A DNA stretch of 64,000 nt from Anaeromyxobacteraceae bacterium (GTDB lineage Bacteria; Myxococcota; Myxococcia; Myxococcales; Anaeromyxobacteraceae), in NCBI GenBank assembly GCA_047602405.1, contig JASGHJ010000001.1, positions 1,472,001-1,536,000 on the forward strand. Direction: 5' to 3'. The notes beneath the pieces are model-generated. The model made no database searches, was not told where the DNA came from, and saw nothing but the letters and a program-made list of their open reading frames with translations. This document shows positions 18,314 through 28,560 of the stretch, piece by piece. Each line of letters opens with the position of its first letter. Position 1 is the stretch's first letter. A program made the translations under genes and the position numbers.

Positions 18314-20242
18314 ATGAGCGATTGGCGAGTGGGCGCCGGCGTGATGGTCCGGCGCCTCCTGGTGATCCTGGTGCACCTCGGGCTGTGGGCGGCCGCCCTC
18401 GGGCTCGCGCTCGAGCTGCGCTTCGAGTTCCGCCCGCCGCCGCTGGAGCACCGCGCGCTGCTCGGCATCTGGCTGCCGGCGCTGCTCGCCGCGCGCGTGC
18501 TCGCGTTCCACCCGTTCGGCCTCTTCCGCGGCCTGTGGCGCTACACCGGCGCGCACGACCTCCTCGCGATGGTCGCCGCCACCTCGCTCGGCAGCGCGGC
18601 CGTGACGGCGCTGCTCGTCGCCACCGGCGGCCCCTACTCCCGCTCGGTGCTCGCGATCGAGTGGGTCCTCTCGCTCGTGCTCGTGGCCGGGCTGCGCTTC
18701 TCGACCCGCGTGCTCGCCACCCGGGAGCTCTGGCACTGGTTCCGCCCGCCCGCGCGGCGGCGCACGCTCATCGTGGGCGGCGGCAACGCCGGCGCGATGC
18801 TGGTCCGCGAGATGCGGGCCGCGCCGAAGAGCGCCTGGGAGCCGGTCGGCATCCTCGACGACGACACCGGCAAGGCCGGCGCGCTCATCCACGGCGTGAA
18901 GGTCCTCGGGCGCATCGCCCGCCTCCCCGAGCTCGTCCAGCGCCACCGGGTGACCGAGATCGTCATCGCCATCCCGTCGGCCGGCGGCGGCGTGATGCGG
19001 CGGGTGGTCGACCTCTGCAAGCGCTCCGGCGCCCGGTTCAAGACCATCCCGGGCCTCGACCAGATCATCGACGGCCGCGTCACGGTGTCCCAGCTGCGCG
19101 ACGTCGCGATCGAGGACCTGCTCGGCCGGGACCCGGTGGTGCTCGACGAGGACGTCATCGCCGGGGCGCTCTCCGGCCGCAGCATCATGGTGACCGGGGC
19201 GGGAGGGTCGATCGGCTCGGAGATGTGCCGCCAGCTCTGCCGGGTCGGGCCGGAGCGGCTCGTGCTCGTCGAGCACGGCGAGAACTCCCTCTTCCACGTC
19301 CACCGCGAGCTCGCGGCGAAGTTCCCCGAGATCCTGATCGTCCCGGTGATCGCGGACGTCACCGACCCGCGGCGCATGGAGGAGGTCTTCCAGCGTCACC
19401 GGCCGCAGGCCGTGTTCCACGCGGCGGCGCACAAGCACGTGCCGATGATGGAGCTCAACCCGGGCGAGGCGGTGAAGAACAACGTCTTCGGCACCCGCAC
19501 GCTGGCCGACCTGGCCGACCGCTTCGGCGTCGACCGGTTCGTGATGATCTCGACGGACAAGGCGGTGAACCCGACCTCGGTGATGGGCGCCACCAAGCGC
19601 TGCGCCGAGATCTACGTGCAGGCGCTCTCGGAGCGCTCCCGCACCCGCTTCGTCACGGTGCGCTTCGGCAACGTGCTCGGCTCCGAGGGCAGCGTGATCC
19701 CGCTCTTCAAGGAGCAGATCGCCCGCGGTGGGCCGGTGACCGTCACCCACCCGGAGATGAAGCGCTACTTCATGACCATCCCCGAGGCGGCCCAGCTCGT
19801 CATGCAGGCGGGCGCGATGGGGAACGGCGGGGAGATCTTCATCCTCGACATGGGCGAGCCGGTGAAGATCGTCGACCTCGCGCGCGACCTCATCCAGCTC
19901 TCCGGCTTCGTGCCGGGCCAGGACATCGAGATCGCGTTCAGCGGCATGCGCCCGGGCGAGAAGCTCTTCGAGGAGCTCTCGGTGGACGCCGAGGTCGCCG
20001 ACAAGACCCGCCACCCGAAGATCTTCGTCGGCCACTTCCGGCCGCACCCGTGGGACGCCGTCCAGCGCCAGCTCCACGAGCTCGTGCAGCTGGCGGACGC
20101 CCGCTCGCTCGAGGTGCGGCGCAAGCTCTCCGAGATCGTGCCCGAGTACAGCCCGTCGCTCCACGTCACCGACGCGGCGGTGCAGGCCGCACCGGCCGTC
20201 CCGTCGGCGTCCGCGACCCGACCCCGGGCCGAGGCGAGCTGA
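18314..20242 (+). CDS. Membrane-anchored UDP-GlcNAc 4,6-dehydratase (CapD/WbpM/PglF family)
   Basis: Four N-terminal TMs, CoA-binding-like domain, TGAGGSIGSE, HAAAHKHVP, ISTDKAVNPTSVMGATKR, VRFGNVLGS, RPGEKLFEEL. Confidence 0.93.
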   Translation: MSDWRVGAGVMVRRLLVILVHLGLWAAALGLALELRFEFRPPPLEHRALLGIWLPALLAARVLAFHPFGLFRGLWRYTGAHDLLAMVAATSLGSAAVTALLVATGGPYSRSVLAIEWVLSLVLVAGLRFSTRVLATRELWHWFRPPARRRTLIVGGGNAGAMLVREMRAAPKSAWEPVGILDDDTGKAGALIHGVKVLGRIARLPELVQRHRVTEIVIAIPSAGGGVMRRVVDLCKRSGARFKTIPGLDQIIDGRVTVSQLRDVAIEDLLGRDPVVLDEDVIAGALSGRSIMVTGAGGSIGSEMCRQLCRVGPERLVLVEHGENSLFHVHRELAAKFPEILIVPVIADVTDPRRMEEVFQRHRPQAVFHAAAHKHVPMMELNPGEAVKNNVFGTRTLADLADRFGVDRFVMISTDKAVNPTSVMGATKRCAEIYVQALSERSRTRFVTVRFGNVLGSEGSVIPLFKEQIARGGPVTVTHPEMKRYFMTIPEAAQLVMQAGAMGNGGEIFILDMGEPVKIVDLARDLIQLSGFVPGQDIEIAFSGMRPGEKLFEELSVDAEVADKTRHPKIFVGHFRPHPWDAVQRQLHELVQLADARSLEVRRKLSEIVPEYSPSLHVTDAAVQAAPAVPSASATRPRAEAS

Positions 20243-20317
20243 GGCGACGCCCCCTCCTCGACTCTTCGCGGCAGGCTCTCTAGACTCCGGCCGCACCCGC
20301 CCGGAGCCCCGAGGAAC

Positions 20318-21643
20318 GTGAATCCACGCGCGCACGCCTACCGGCTCTACCACCGGCTCCGCGGGTCGAAGCTCATGCGGCTGCACGGGGAGTACCTCGC
20401 GGAGTACCGCGCCGGGACCCGCGAGGACGCGCACCTCCAGCGCCTCGCGGACGTGCTCGTCTGGGCCCGCGGGCACGTGCCCCTGCACCGCGAGCGGCTG
20501 GCGGGAACCCCCGAGGCCACGATCCGCGCCGACCCGGTCGCCGCGCTCCGTTCGCTGCCGGTCCTGACGAAGCAGGTCCTGCGCGAGCGGGAGGACGCCC
20601 TCCTCTCCGACGATCTCCCGCGGCGGCGGACCTACTTCAACACCTCCGGCGGATCCACGGGGGAGCCGGTCCGGCTGGTGCAGGACGGGACCTACTTCGA
20701 GCGGTCGATGGCCGCGAAGTACGTCTACTCGAGCCTCGTCGGGCGGGACGTCGGGGAGCCCGAGGTCGTCGTCTGGGGCAGCGAGCGGGACATCCTGGAC
20801 GGCGGGCGAGGCCTGCGCCGGCGGCTCGCCGAGTGGCTCACCGCGAGCCGGACCGTCAACGCCTTCCGGATGACCGAGGCGGGCATGCGCGCCTGCCTCG
20901 CGGACCTGGACCGCCGGCCGCCGCGGCTCGTGCTCGCCTATGCGCAGGCGATCTACGAGCTCGCCTCGTTCGCGGAGCGCGAGGGCATCCGGGTGCGGCC
21001 GCAGCACGCGGTGATGACGAGCGCGGGCACGCTCTACCCGTTCATGCGCGAGCGCCTCGAGCGCGTCTTCGGCTGCCGCGTCTACAACCGGTACGGCTCC
21101 CGCGAGGTGGGCGACATCGCCTGCGAGCTCCCCGGCCACCGGGGGCTGTGGGTCTCACCCTGGAACGCGTGGGTCGAGGTCCTCGACGCCAAGGGGCGCC
21201 CCGCGCCGGAGGGGGTGGAGGGCGACATCGTGGTCACGTCCCTCACCAACTTCGCCATGCCGCTCCTCCGCTACGCGATCGGCGACCGCGGCGCGCTCGG
21301 AGCGCCGGAGCGGGGCAGCCAGGTGCTCGCCCGCGTCAGCGGACGCAACGTCGACACCTTCCGCGCGGCCGACGGCTCGCTCGTCGACGGGGAGTACTTC
21401 ACGCACCTCCTCTACTTCCGGCCCTGGGTGAAACAGTTCCAGATCGTCCAGCGTTCCGTCGACAGGGTCTCCGTGCGCGTCGTCCGGCTGGCGGTGCCCC
21501 CCGCCTCCGACCTGGCGGAGATCGCCAGCGCCTGCCGCAAGGTCCTGGGCGAGCGCTGCGCCGTCGAGTTCGACTGGGTCGACCGCATCGCGGAGTCCAC
21601 GTCGGGCAAGTACCGGTACACGATCTCGGAGGTGGCGGCGTGA
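20318..21643 (+). CDS. Phenylacetate-CoA ligase-like adenylate-forming enzyme (CapK-like)
   Basis: TSGGSTGEP, YGSREVG, MPLLRYAIGD, GR, SGKYR. Confidence 0.85.
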   Translation: MNPRAHAYRLYHRLRGSKLMRLHGEYLAEYRAGTREDAHLQRLADVLVWARGHVPLHRERLAGTPEATIRADPVAALRSLPVLTKQVLREREDALLSDDLPRRRTYFNTSGGSTGEPVRLVQDGTYFERSMAAKYVYSSLVGRDVGEPEVVVWGSERDILDGGRGLRRRLAEWLTASRTVNAFRMTEAGMRACLADLDRRPPRLVLAYAQAIYELASFAEREGIRVRPQHAVMTSAGTLYPFMRERLERVFGCRVYNRYGSREVGDIACELPGHRGLWVSPWNAWVEVLDAKGRPAPEGVEGDIVVTSLTNFAMPLLRYAIGDRGALGAPERGSQVLARVSGRNVDTFRAADGSLVDGEYFTHLLYFRPWVKQFQIVQRSVDRVSVRVVRLAVPPASDLAEIASACRKVLGERCAVEFDWVDRIAESTSGKYRYTISEVAA

Positions 21644-23181
21644 GCGGGTGGGTCGATCAGCGCACGGTGGCCGTGGCGCGCGACGAGGCGCGGTACGCGA
21701 AGCACCCGCCGTTCCACCCCTCGGAGGCCTATCCCGAGTGGCCGGGCGCGCCGGTCTCCACCGAGGACAACCCGGGCTTCCGCGCGGTGCGCCGCGCGCT
21801 CCTCGCGCTCGGGCTCGACGCCGCCGCGGCCGGCACGCCCGGGTGGAACCCGCTCGGCGCGCTCGTGCCGAGGGGCGGCACGGTCGTCGTGAAGCCGAAC
21901 CTCGTCACCCACGCGAACCACGCCGCGGTCTTCGGCGTCACCGACACCGACTGCCTCGTGACGCACGGGTCGGTGATCCGCGCCCTCGTGGACTACGCCG
22001 CGAGGGCCCTCGGGGGAGCGGGCAAGGTCATCGTGGCCGACTGTCCCCTCCAGGGCGCGGACTGGGACGGGCTCATGGCCGTCACCGGGCTGCCCGCGAT
22101 CCGCGACGACGCCGCCGCGCGCTTCCCGGGCGTCGAGTTCGAGCTGCGCGATCTGCGCCTCGCGAAGGCGAAGGTCTGGCGCGGCCAGGTGGTCGCCCGG
22201 GTGGTGGACGAGGGCGGTCGCGCCCGCTACACCGAGGTCGACCTCGGCGCCCGGAGCCTGCTGATGCCGCTCATGCGGCCGGGGTACGCGTTCGGCGTCA
22301 CGCACTACGCGCGCGCGCGGATGCGCCCGGCCCACACCCCGGAGCGGAACTGCTACCTGCTCCCGAAGGACATCCTCGCGGCGGACCTCTTCGTCAACGT
22401 CCCGAAGATGAAGATCCACCAGAAGGCCGGCATCACCTGCGCGCTCAAGAACCTCGTGGGCATCAACGGCCACAAGGACTACCTGCCGCACTTCCGCTTC
22501 GGGAGCCCGCGCCAGGGCGGCGACGAGTACCCGGACGGTGGCTGGCCCTGGGACCTCGTGAGCGCGCTCGCCCACGCCGACTGGGAGCGGGAGGGCGGCG
22601 CGGTGAAGCGCGGCCTCCTCCTCGCGCGCGCCGCGCTGCAGAAGGCGTTCCTCGTCACGGGGCTCCTCACGCGCGACCAGGTGTTCCAGGCCGGCGGTGC
22701 GTGGCACGGCAACGACACGCTCTGGCGCACCGTCCTCGACATCAACCGGGCGCTCCTCTACTGGGATCGCGCGCGCGGCGGCGTGCACGAGGACGCCGCG
22801 CCACGCGCGTACCTCACCGTGCTCGACGGCCTCGTCGCGGGCCACCGCGACGGGCCCCTCGCGCCGCACCCGTACCCCGCGGGCGCGGTGCTCGCCGCGC
22901 GCAACCCGGCCGCGATGGACGCCGCGGCGGCCGCATTCATGGGGCTCGACCCCGCCCGGATCCCGCAGGTGCGCCACGCCTTCGAGGGCGGGGCGCTCCC
23001 GCTCACCTCCTTCCGGCTCGAGGACGTCGAGCTCCTGGGCGACCTGTCCGCGCGGAGCCTGGAGGCGCTGCGCCTCGGTGACGACCACCACGCGCTCGAG
23101 CCGTCCGTGGGGTGGCGCGGGCACGTCGAGGCGACGGCAGCCGACCTCCAGGCTCCCCCGCTGGAGCGATCCAACGCATGA
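21640..23181 (+). CDS. DUF362 domain protein
   Basis: VVVKPNLV, NVPKMKIHQKAGITCALKNLVG, LDGLVAG...GP, AMDAAAAAFMGLDP; start and stop overlap both neighbours. Confidence 0.8.
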   Translation: MSGWVDQRTVAVARDEARYAKHPPFHPSEAYPEWPGAPVSTEDNPGFRAVRRALLALGLDAAAAGTPGWNPLGALVPRGGTVVVKPNLVTHANHAAVFGVTDTDCLVTHGSVIRALVDYAARALGGAGKVIVADCPLQGADWDGLMAVTGLPAIRDDAAARFPGVEFELRDLRLAKAKVWRGQVVARVVDEGGRARYTEVDLGARSLLMPLMRPGYAFGVTHYARARMRPAHTPERNCYLLPKDILAADLFVNVPKMKIHQKAGITCALKNLVGINGHKDYLPHFRFGSPRQGGDEYPDGGWPWDLVSALAHADWEREGGAVKRGLLLARAALQKAFLVTGLLTRDQVFQAGGAWHGNDTLWRTVLDINRALLYWDRARGGVHEDAAPRAYLTVLDGLVAGHRDGPLAPHPYPAGAVLAARNPAAMDAAAAAFMGLDPARIPQVRHAFEGGALPLTSFRLEDVELLGDLSARSLEALRLGDDHHALEPSVGWRGHVEATAADLQAPPLERSNA

Positions 23182-24152
23182 GCCGCATCCTCGTCACCGG
23201 CGCGGCAGGCTTCATCGGCATGCACGTCGCGGAGCGGCTGCTCGACCGCGGCGACACGGTGGTCGGCGTCGACGCGCTCACGCCTTACTACGACGTGCGG
23301 CTGAAGGAGGCGCGGCTCGCCCGGCTCACCGGCCGGCCGGGGTTCGCGTTCGAGCGCGTCGACCTCGCCGACCGGGCCCAGGCCGAGCGGCTCTTCGCGG
23401 CGGCGAGGGCGGACGCGGTCGTCCACCTCGCGGCCCAGCCGGGCGTGCGTGCCTCCGTCGAGAACCCCCACGCGACCATCGAGGCGAACGTCGGCGGGTT
23501 CCTCAACGTGCTCGAGGGCTGCCGCCGCGCGCCGGTCGGTCACCTCGTCTACGCCTCCTCGAGCTCGGTGTACGGCGGGAACGTGAAGGTGCCGTTCGCG
23601 GTGTCCGATCCGGTCGACGGCCCCGTGAGCCTCTACGCCGCGAGCAAGAAGGCGAACGAGCTCATGGCGAGCACCTACAGCCACCTCTTCGCCATCCCGG
23701 CCACCGGGCTGCGCTTCTTCACCGTGTACGGCCCGTGGGGCCGTCCCGACATGGCTCCGCTCCTCTTCACGCGGGCGATCCTCGAGGGGCGGCCCATCAA
23801 GGTCTTCAACCACGGCGAGATGCGCCGCGACTTCACCTACGTGGACGACATCGCCGAGGGCGTGGTGCGCGTGCTCGACCGCCCGCCCGCGCCGCACGGC
23901 GACCGGCGCCACGCCCTCTACAACATCGGCAACAGCGAGCCGGTGGAGCTCATGCGCTTCATCTCGACGCTGGAGGGGGCGATCGGGAAGAAGGCCACGC
24001 TGGAGCTCCTGCCGATGCAGCCCGGCGACGTGCCCGCAACGTTCGCCGACGTCTCGGACCTCGAGCGCGACGTGGGCTTCCGTCCGGCCACCCCGATCGG
24101 CGAAGGCCTCGCGCGCCTCGTGGCGTGGTATCGCGCCTTCTACGGCGCGTGA
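23178..24152 (+). CDS. NAD-dependent epimerase, UDP-glucuronate 4-epimerase-like
   Basis: TGAAGFIG, HLAAQPGVR, YASSSSVYG, YAASKKANE, RFFTVYGPWGRPDMA, MQPGDV. Confidence 0.9.
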   Translation: MSRILVTGAAGFIGMHVAERLLDRGDTVVGVDALTPYYDVRLKEARLARLTGRPGFAFERVDLADRAQAERLFAAARADAVVHLAAQPGVRASVENPHATIEANVGGFLNVLEGCRRAPVGHLVYASSSSVYGGNVKVPFAVSDPVDGPVSLYAASKKANELMASTYSHLFAIPATGLRFFTVYGPWGRPDMAPLLFTRAILEGRPIKVFNHGEMRRDFTYVDDIAEGVVRVLDRPPAPHGDRRHALYNIGNSEPVELMRFISTLEGAIGKKATLELLPMQPGDVPATFADVSDLERDVGFRPATPIGEGLARLVAWYRAFYGA

Positions 24153-24430
24153 AGCGACGTGATCGGGATCACGTCCGACATGTGAGTGCGCGGTCGCCGT
24201 ACCGGATCGTTCTACCCCGCGATCGTGGGGCGTGATCGCGCGCCGCGCTACCTTCACGATGAGTCGTCAGGCCGACCCGGGGGTCCCGCGACCACGCGTG
24301 ATCGCGAGACCCCGGCCGCCGGAAATCCTCGCTCGCGAGCGCGGATCGCAACTCCAGGGCGTGCGACGGGTTGGGCCTGATCGCTGCACCTGCAACCGTC
24401 GTCGCGCAGCCTTCGTCCCACCGTTCGAGC

Positions 24431-27250
24431 ATGCCGATCCGACCCTCCAGCCGGCTCCCCGTGATGGCCCTCCTCGTCCTCGGGGGCCTCTCCGCCTCGT
24501 GCGACGGGGGAGGGTTCGTGCTGGCCCCGCAGCAGCTCGCGGTCGACGAGGACGGCGTGCTGCGGGGCGCGCTCGTGGTCGAGCGCGAGGGCGACGGCGG
24601 CGAGATCACCTTCATGACGATCCGGGCGCCCGCCCACGGGACCCTGACGCTCGACCCGGCATCCGGCACGTTCGAGTACCGGCCGGCGCCGCACTTCAAC
24701 GGCGGCGACCTCGCGAAGGCGGCCGCCGTGGCGGTCACCGGCACCTCGTCCGCGCCGCTCGAGATCCAGGTGCTGCCCGTGAACGATCCGCCGGACCTTC
24801 CGGACGCGACGCTGGTGCTCCAGGAGGATGGGGAGGCGAGCCTCGCGCTCGCCGGGACGGACGTGGACGGGGACCGGCTGACGTACGCGCTCGAGGTTCC
24901 GCCCACGCACGGGAGGGCGACGCTCGACGCCGACGGCGGCGCGCTGACCTACGTCGCGGACGCGGACTGGTTCGGCGCGGACACCGTGGTCGTGAGCGCC
25001 TCCGACGGCGCGCTCACCTCGCGGCTCGCCACCGTCCAGGTCGCCGTGCTGCCCGTGAACGACCCTCCGGTCGCGCTCGACGCGGTGGTCCAGGTGGCCG
25101 AGGACGGCGAGGTCGCGGACGCCCTCGCCGCCGCCGACCTCGACGGCCCCGGCCTCACCTTCACGCTCGCCTCGCCGCCCGCGCACGGCACGGTGCAGCT
25201 CGAGCCTCTCACCGGGGCGTACGTCTACCGCCCCGGGCCGGACTTCCACGGCGCGGACGCCTTCTCCTTCACCGCCTCCGACGGGCTCGCGACGTCGCTC
25301 CCCGCGACGCTCGCGATCCAGGTGTCCCCCGTGAACGATGCACCGATGGCGGCGGGCGCGGCGTTCGAGCTCGACGAGGACGGCGCCCTCGAGGGCGCCG
25401 TCGCGGCCACCGACGTCGACAGCCCCATCGACTCGTACGCCCTCTCGACCTCCCCGGCCCACGGCAGGGCGGAGCTCGACCCGGCGCGCGGCACCTTTCG
25501 CTACACGCCGGACCCCGACTACGTCGGCCCCGACGTCTTCAGCTTCACCGCGAGCGACGGCACGCTCGACTCGGCCCCCGCCACGGTCCAGCTCACGGTG
25601 CGTCCGGTGAACGATCCACCGGTCGCCAGCGACCTCGCCCTGATCCTCGCCGAGGACGGCTCGGCCCAGGGGAGGCTCGAGGCCTCAGACGTGGACGGCG
25701 ACGCGCCGACCTTCGCGCTGCGGTGGCCGGCGGCGCACGGCCAGGTCTCGCTCGCGGCCGACGGCACGTTCTCGTACGCGCCGGAGCCCGACTGGAACGG
25801 CGTCGACGACTTCATCTTCGTCGCTTCGGACGGGACGCTCGAGTCCGCTCCCCACCGCGTGCAGCTGACGGTCGCGCCCGTCGACGACCCACCGAGGCTG
25901 CCGGCGCTCCCCGACCTCACCAACTCGGCCGAGACGCAGGAGTCGTTGGTCACGCTCCCGCTCCTGGACCCCGACGGCGAGGAGGTCCTCTGGGAGGCGT
26001 GGAGCGACGACCTCGCCGTGGTCACCGTGCGCCAGGACGTGCCGGGAGCGCTGCGGCTCACCCCCGTGACACGCGGACGGACGCGGGTGACCGTCACCGG
26101 GACCGACGGCCGCAACGAGGTCTCGGCGACGTTCGCCTTCACGGTCACCGACGTCACGAAGACGCGGACGTTCGAGTCGGCGGTGCCGGGCGAGCAGGCC
26201 ATCCGGATCGAGAACCAGGGTGCGTCGGCCGTGGCGTTCACCCTCGACCAGAACGGCGCACGGCTCGCCACGAGCGTGGAGGAGCTCCTCGCCGAGGTGC
26301 GGGCCCAGCCGGACGAGGTGCCGCAGGAGCCCTTCGAGCGCAAGCTGTGGCGGTACCTGCGTGACGCCTCCTACCATGGTGACCCGCTGACGGTGGACTA
26401 CTGGGCCCACGACCCGGTGGCGTGGCTGGGGGGGGTGGGCTTCGGCTACTGCGACGACGTGGCGGCCGTCTACACCACGCTGGCGATCGCCGCCGGTCTC
26501 GAGGCACGCGCGTGGGAGCTCGAGGGGCACGTCGTGCCCGAGGTCCACGTGAGCGGCCGCTGGGAGATGTACGACCCGGATCTGGCCGTCTACTACCGCA
26601 CGCGCGACGGCGCCGTGGCCGGGGTGGAGGATCTGGAGGCCGACCCGAGCCTCGTCACGACGCCGACCGCACCGCTGCGGCAGGACCCCTGGGTGTACGG
26701 CGAGACGGTCGCAGCCATCTACGCGTCGGCCAGCGACAACCACGTGATCAGCGGCATCTTCTTCGAGCCTCCGCGGCCGAGACCGCCGCTGAAGCTCCCG
26801 GCCGGTGCAGCGATCACCTACCCGGGCGTCTGGACGGAGGCGCCGAAGGGGTACGCTGGCGTGCCGACCCTCTACTTCGCGGAATTGCGTCTGGATCTGC
26901 CCGACGGCTTCGTGGGGGTGATCGATCTCCCGTTCGCCCTGCGGGCGGTGAGCGGGAAGGCGAACGTGAAGGTCGGTGGCGTCGTGTACGACGCCGAGAC
27001 TCAGGGCCTGAACGGCCTGCTCGAGCGGGTCGGCAGCTCGCGAGCGGCAGTCCAGCCGCTGGAGGTCGTGGAGTCGCGCGGAGCGTTGTCGCTCGTCTAC
27101 CTGATGAATCCCAGGTTTGCCATGGTCGACACGACCTCCGTCGCGCTCACCTCGCTCGAGGCCGCGGCGCTCTCCGTCGGGGTGGTCTCGCTGCCCGAGA
27201 GCGAGAGGCTTCCGTACGTCGGCCTGGCCGCGGTGAACCGGCCACGCTAG
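24431..27250 (+). CDS. Predicted lipoprotein: about 5-6 cadherin-like (Big_9/tandem-95) repeats plus a transglutaminase-like domain
   Basis: LSASC lipobox-like motif; repeated VND(P/A)P...EDG...D.DG...P.HG...Y.P..D..G.D.F.F.ASDG units; GYCDDVA...GHVVPEV...WEMYDPD (Cys-His-Asp). Confidence 0.78.
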   Translation: MPIRPSSRLPVMALLVLGGLSASCDGGGFVLAPQQLAVDEDGVLRGALVVEREGDGGEITFMTIRAPAHGTLTLDPASGTFEYRPAPHFNGGDLAKAAAVAVTGTSSAPLEIQVLPVNDPPDLPDATLVLQEDGEASLALAGTDVDGDRLTYALEVPPTHGRATLDADGGALTYVADADWFGADTVVVSASDGALTSRLATVQVAVLPVNDPPVALDAVVQVAEDGEVADALAAADLDGPGLTFTLASPPAHGTVQLEPLTGAYVYRPGPDFHGADAFSFTASDGLATSLPATLAIQVSPVNDAPMAAGAAFELDEDGALEGAVAATDVDSPIDSYALSTSPAHGRAELDPARGTFRYTPDPDYVGPDVFSFTASDGTLDSAPATVQLTVRPVNDPPVASDLALILAEDGSAQGRLEASDVDGDAPTFALRWPAAHGQVSLAADGTFSYAPEPDWNGVDDFIFVASDGTLESAPHRVQLTVAPVDDPPRLPALPDLTNSAETQESLVTLPLLDPDGEEVLWEAWSDDLAVVTVRQDVPGALRLTPVTRGRTRVTVTGTDGRNEVSATFAFTVTDVTKTRTFESAVPGEQAIRIENQGASAVAFTLDQNGARLATSVEELLAEVRAQPDEVPQEPFERKLWRYLRDASYHGDPLTVDYWAHDPVAWLGGVGFGYCDDVAAVYTTLAIAAGLEARAWELEGHVVPEVHVSGRWEMYDPDLAVYYRTRDGAVAGVEDLEADPSLVTTPTAPLRQDPWVYGETVAAIYASASDNHVISGIFFEPPRPRPPLKLPAGAAITYPGVWTEAPKGYAGVPTLYFAELRLDLPDGFVGVIDLPFALRAVSGKANVKVGGVVYDAETQGLNGLLERVGSSRAAVQPLEVVESRGALSLVYLMNPRFAMVDTTSVALTSLEAAALSVGVVSLPESERLPYVGLAAVNRPR

Positions 27251-27302
27251 CCAGGCGCTCGTTCGCTCACGACTCGGCTGGACGACGACGTAGAATGCCT
27301 CG

Positions 27303-28560
27303 GTGTTCCCGCGAGCGTTGGCCGGCGTGGCCGGGGCCGTCGTCCTGGTCTTCTACACCGAGGTCCTGACCTACCTGTTCGAGGTCGACCTGGGCCCACC
27401 TGCCAGCGTCGCAGTCTACGGGCTGATCGTCCTCTCGGTCGTCATGGGCGCACTCGGTCGAGCGCATCTCGCGAGGGCGGTGCGGGAGATCCCGCTCTTC
27501 GCCTGGATGCTGGGCTTCCTCGTGATGTCCGCCCTCTGGGCCGTCGATACCACCGACCTCGAGCCGCTGTCCGAGCGCCTGCGCTCCGTGCTCTTCGCGG
27601 TCGCCATGCTCGTCGTGCTCTCGCGTCCTGGCTCGGACAGGGCGGCCCGGTGGGCGCTCGTGGTGAGCGTCCCGGTCTCGGTGATCGTGCTCGGGCTGGA
27701 TTCTCGCGAATCCCCTCGCGTTCAGCCCGTTGCCCGGGCGTGCCGGCGGCTTCTACATCAACCCCAACCGCGCGGGGTCCGCGCTCGTCTTCGCGCTCGT
27801 GCTTGGATTCGAGGTGGTGCCGGCCAGGCTGCGCGTGGCCTTCGGCACCATTGCCGGGGTCGGGATCCTCATGACGATGTCCCGCGCCGGGGCGCTGCTC
27901 TTCACGGGCTTCATGGGCTGGTCGGCGTGGCGTCGCTCGTTCCCGGTCCGGCACCTCGCCTGGGCAGGTGTGGCGCTGCTGCTCGTGACGGGGGCCGTGG
28001 CCGTGACCTTCCCGGGTCCGGTCAACGACGCGCTCGAGGGCGCGAAGGTCCTCGAGGAAGCCGGCCGGTTCGCGGTGTCGGGGGACGAGGAGAGCGCCAC
28101 CGATCGTCGTCGGTTCCTCGAGGCAGGGCTGGAACTGTTCTCGGAGTCGCCGCTGATCGGCCATGGAACGGGGGCGTCGGTGTCGTGGGTGGAGTCGGCG
28201 TCCACGCACAACCAGACCCTGACCTTCGCGGTCGACCACGGGATCGTCGGACTGCTGATGTGGGTCGCCCTGTTCGTCGCCCTCCTGCGCGGCAACTCAC
28301 GCGCGACGCCATTCGCGGTGGTGTTCGCGGTGAGCTCGCTCTTCAGCCACAACCTGCTCGACGAGTTCTTCTCGCTCACCGCGCTGGCGATCGCTGCCGT
28401 GCCCGATCACGTCGGGGGGGGCTTGGTACCGCAGCCGCTCGCCCGGGAAACGAGCGGAGGGTCAGCCCCCGAGCAACGAGCTGAAGACAGCCTCCGTGGC
28501 GCCGGCCATCGACTCGACGCTGAAGAGGCCCGAGACGCGCTCGCGCGCGGCACGCCCTAG
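27303..28560 (+). CDS. Wzy/O-antigen ligase family membrane protein; apparent +1 frameshift at 27701-27702; 3' end uncertain
   Basis: Many TMs; RAGGFYINPN, TMSRAG, PLIGHG, THNQ motifs. Removing one T of GATTC (27699-27703) joins the two ORFs (LGLDLANPLAFSPLPGR). Overlaps the convergent glycosyltransferase. Confidence 0.75.

Noticed and set aside
28414..28421. G8 run near the 3' end of wzy as a phase-variation tract
   Set aside because: It lies after the last recognisable TM, so slippage would only alter the tail; could also be a homopolymer error.
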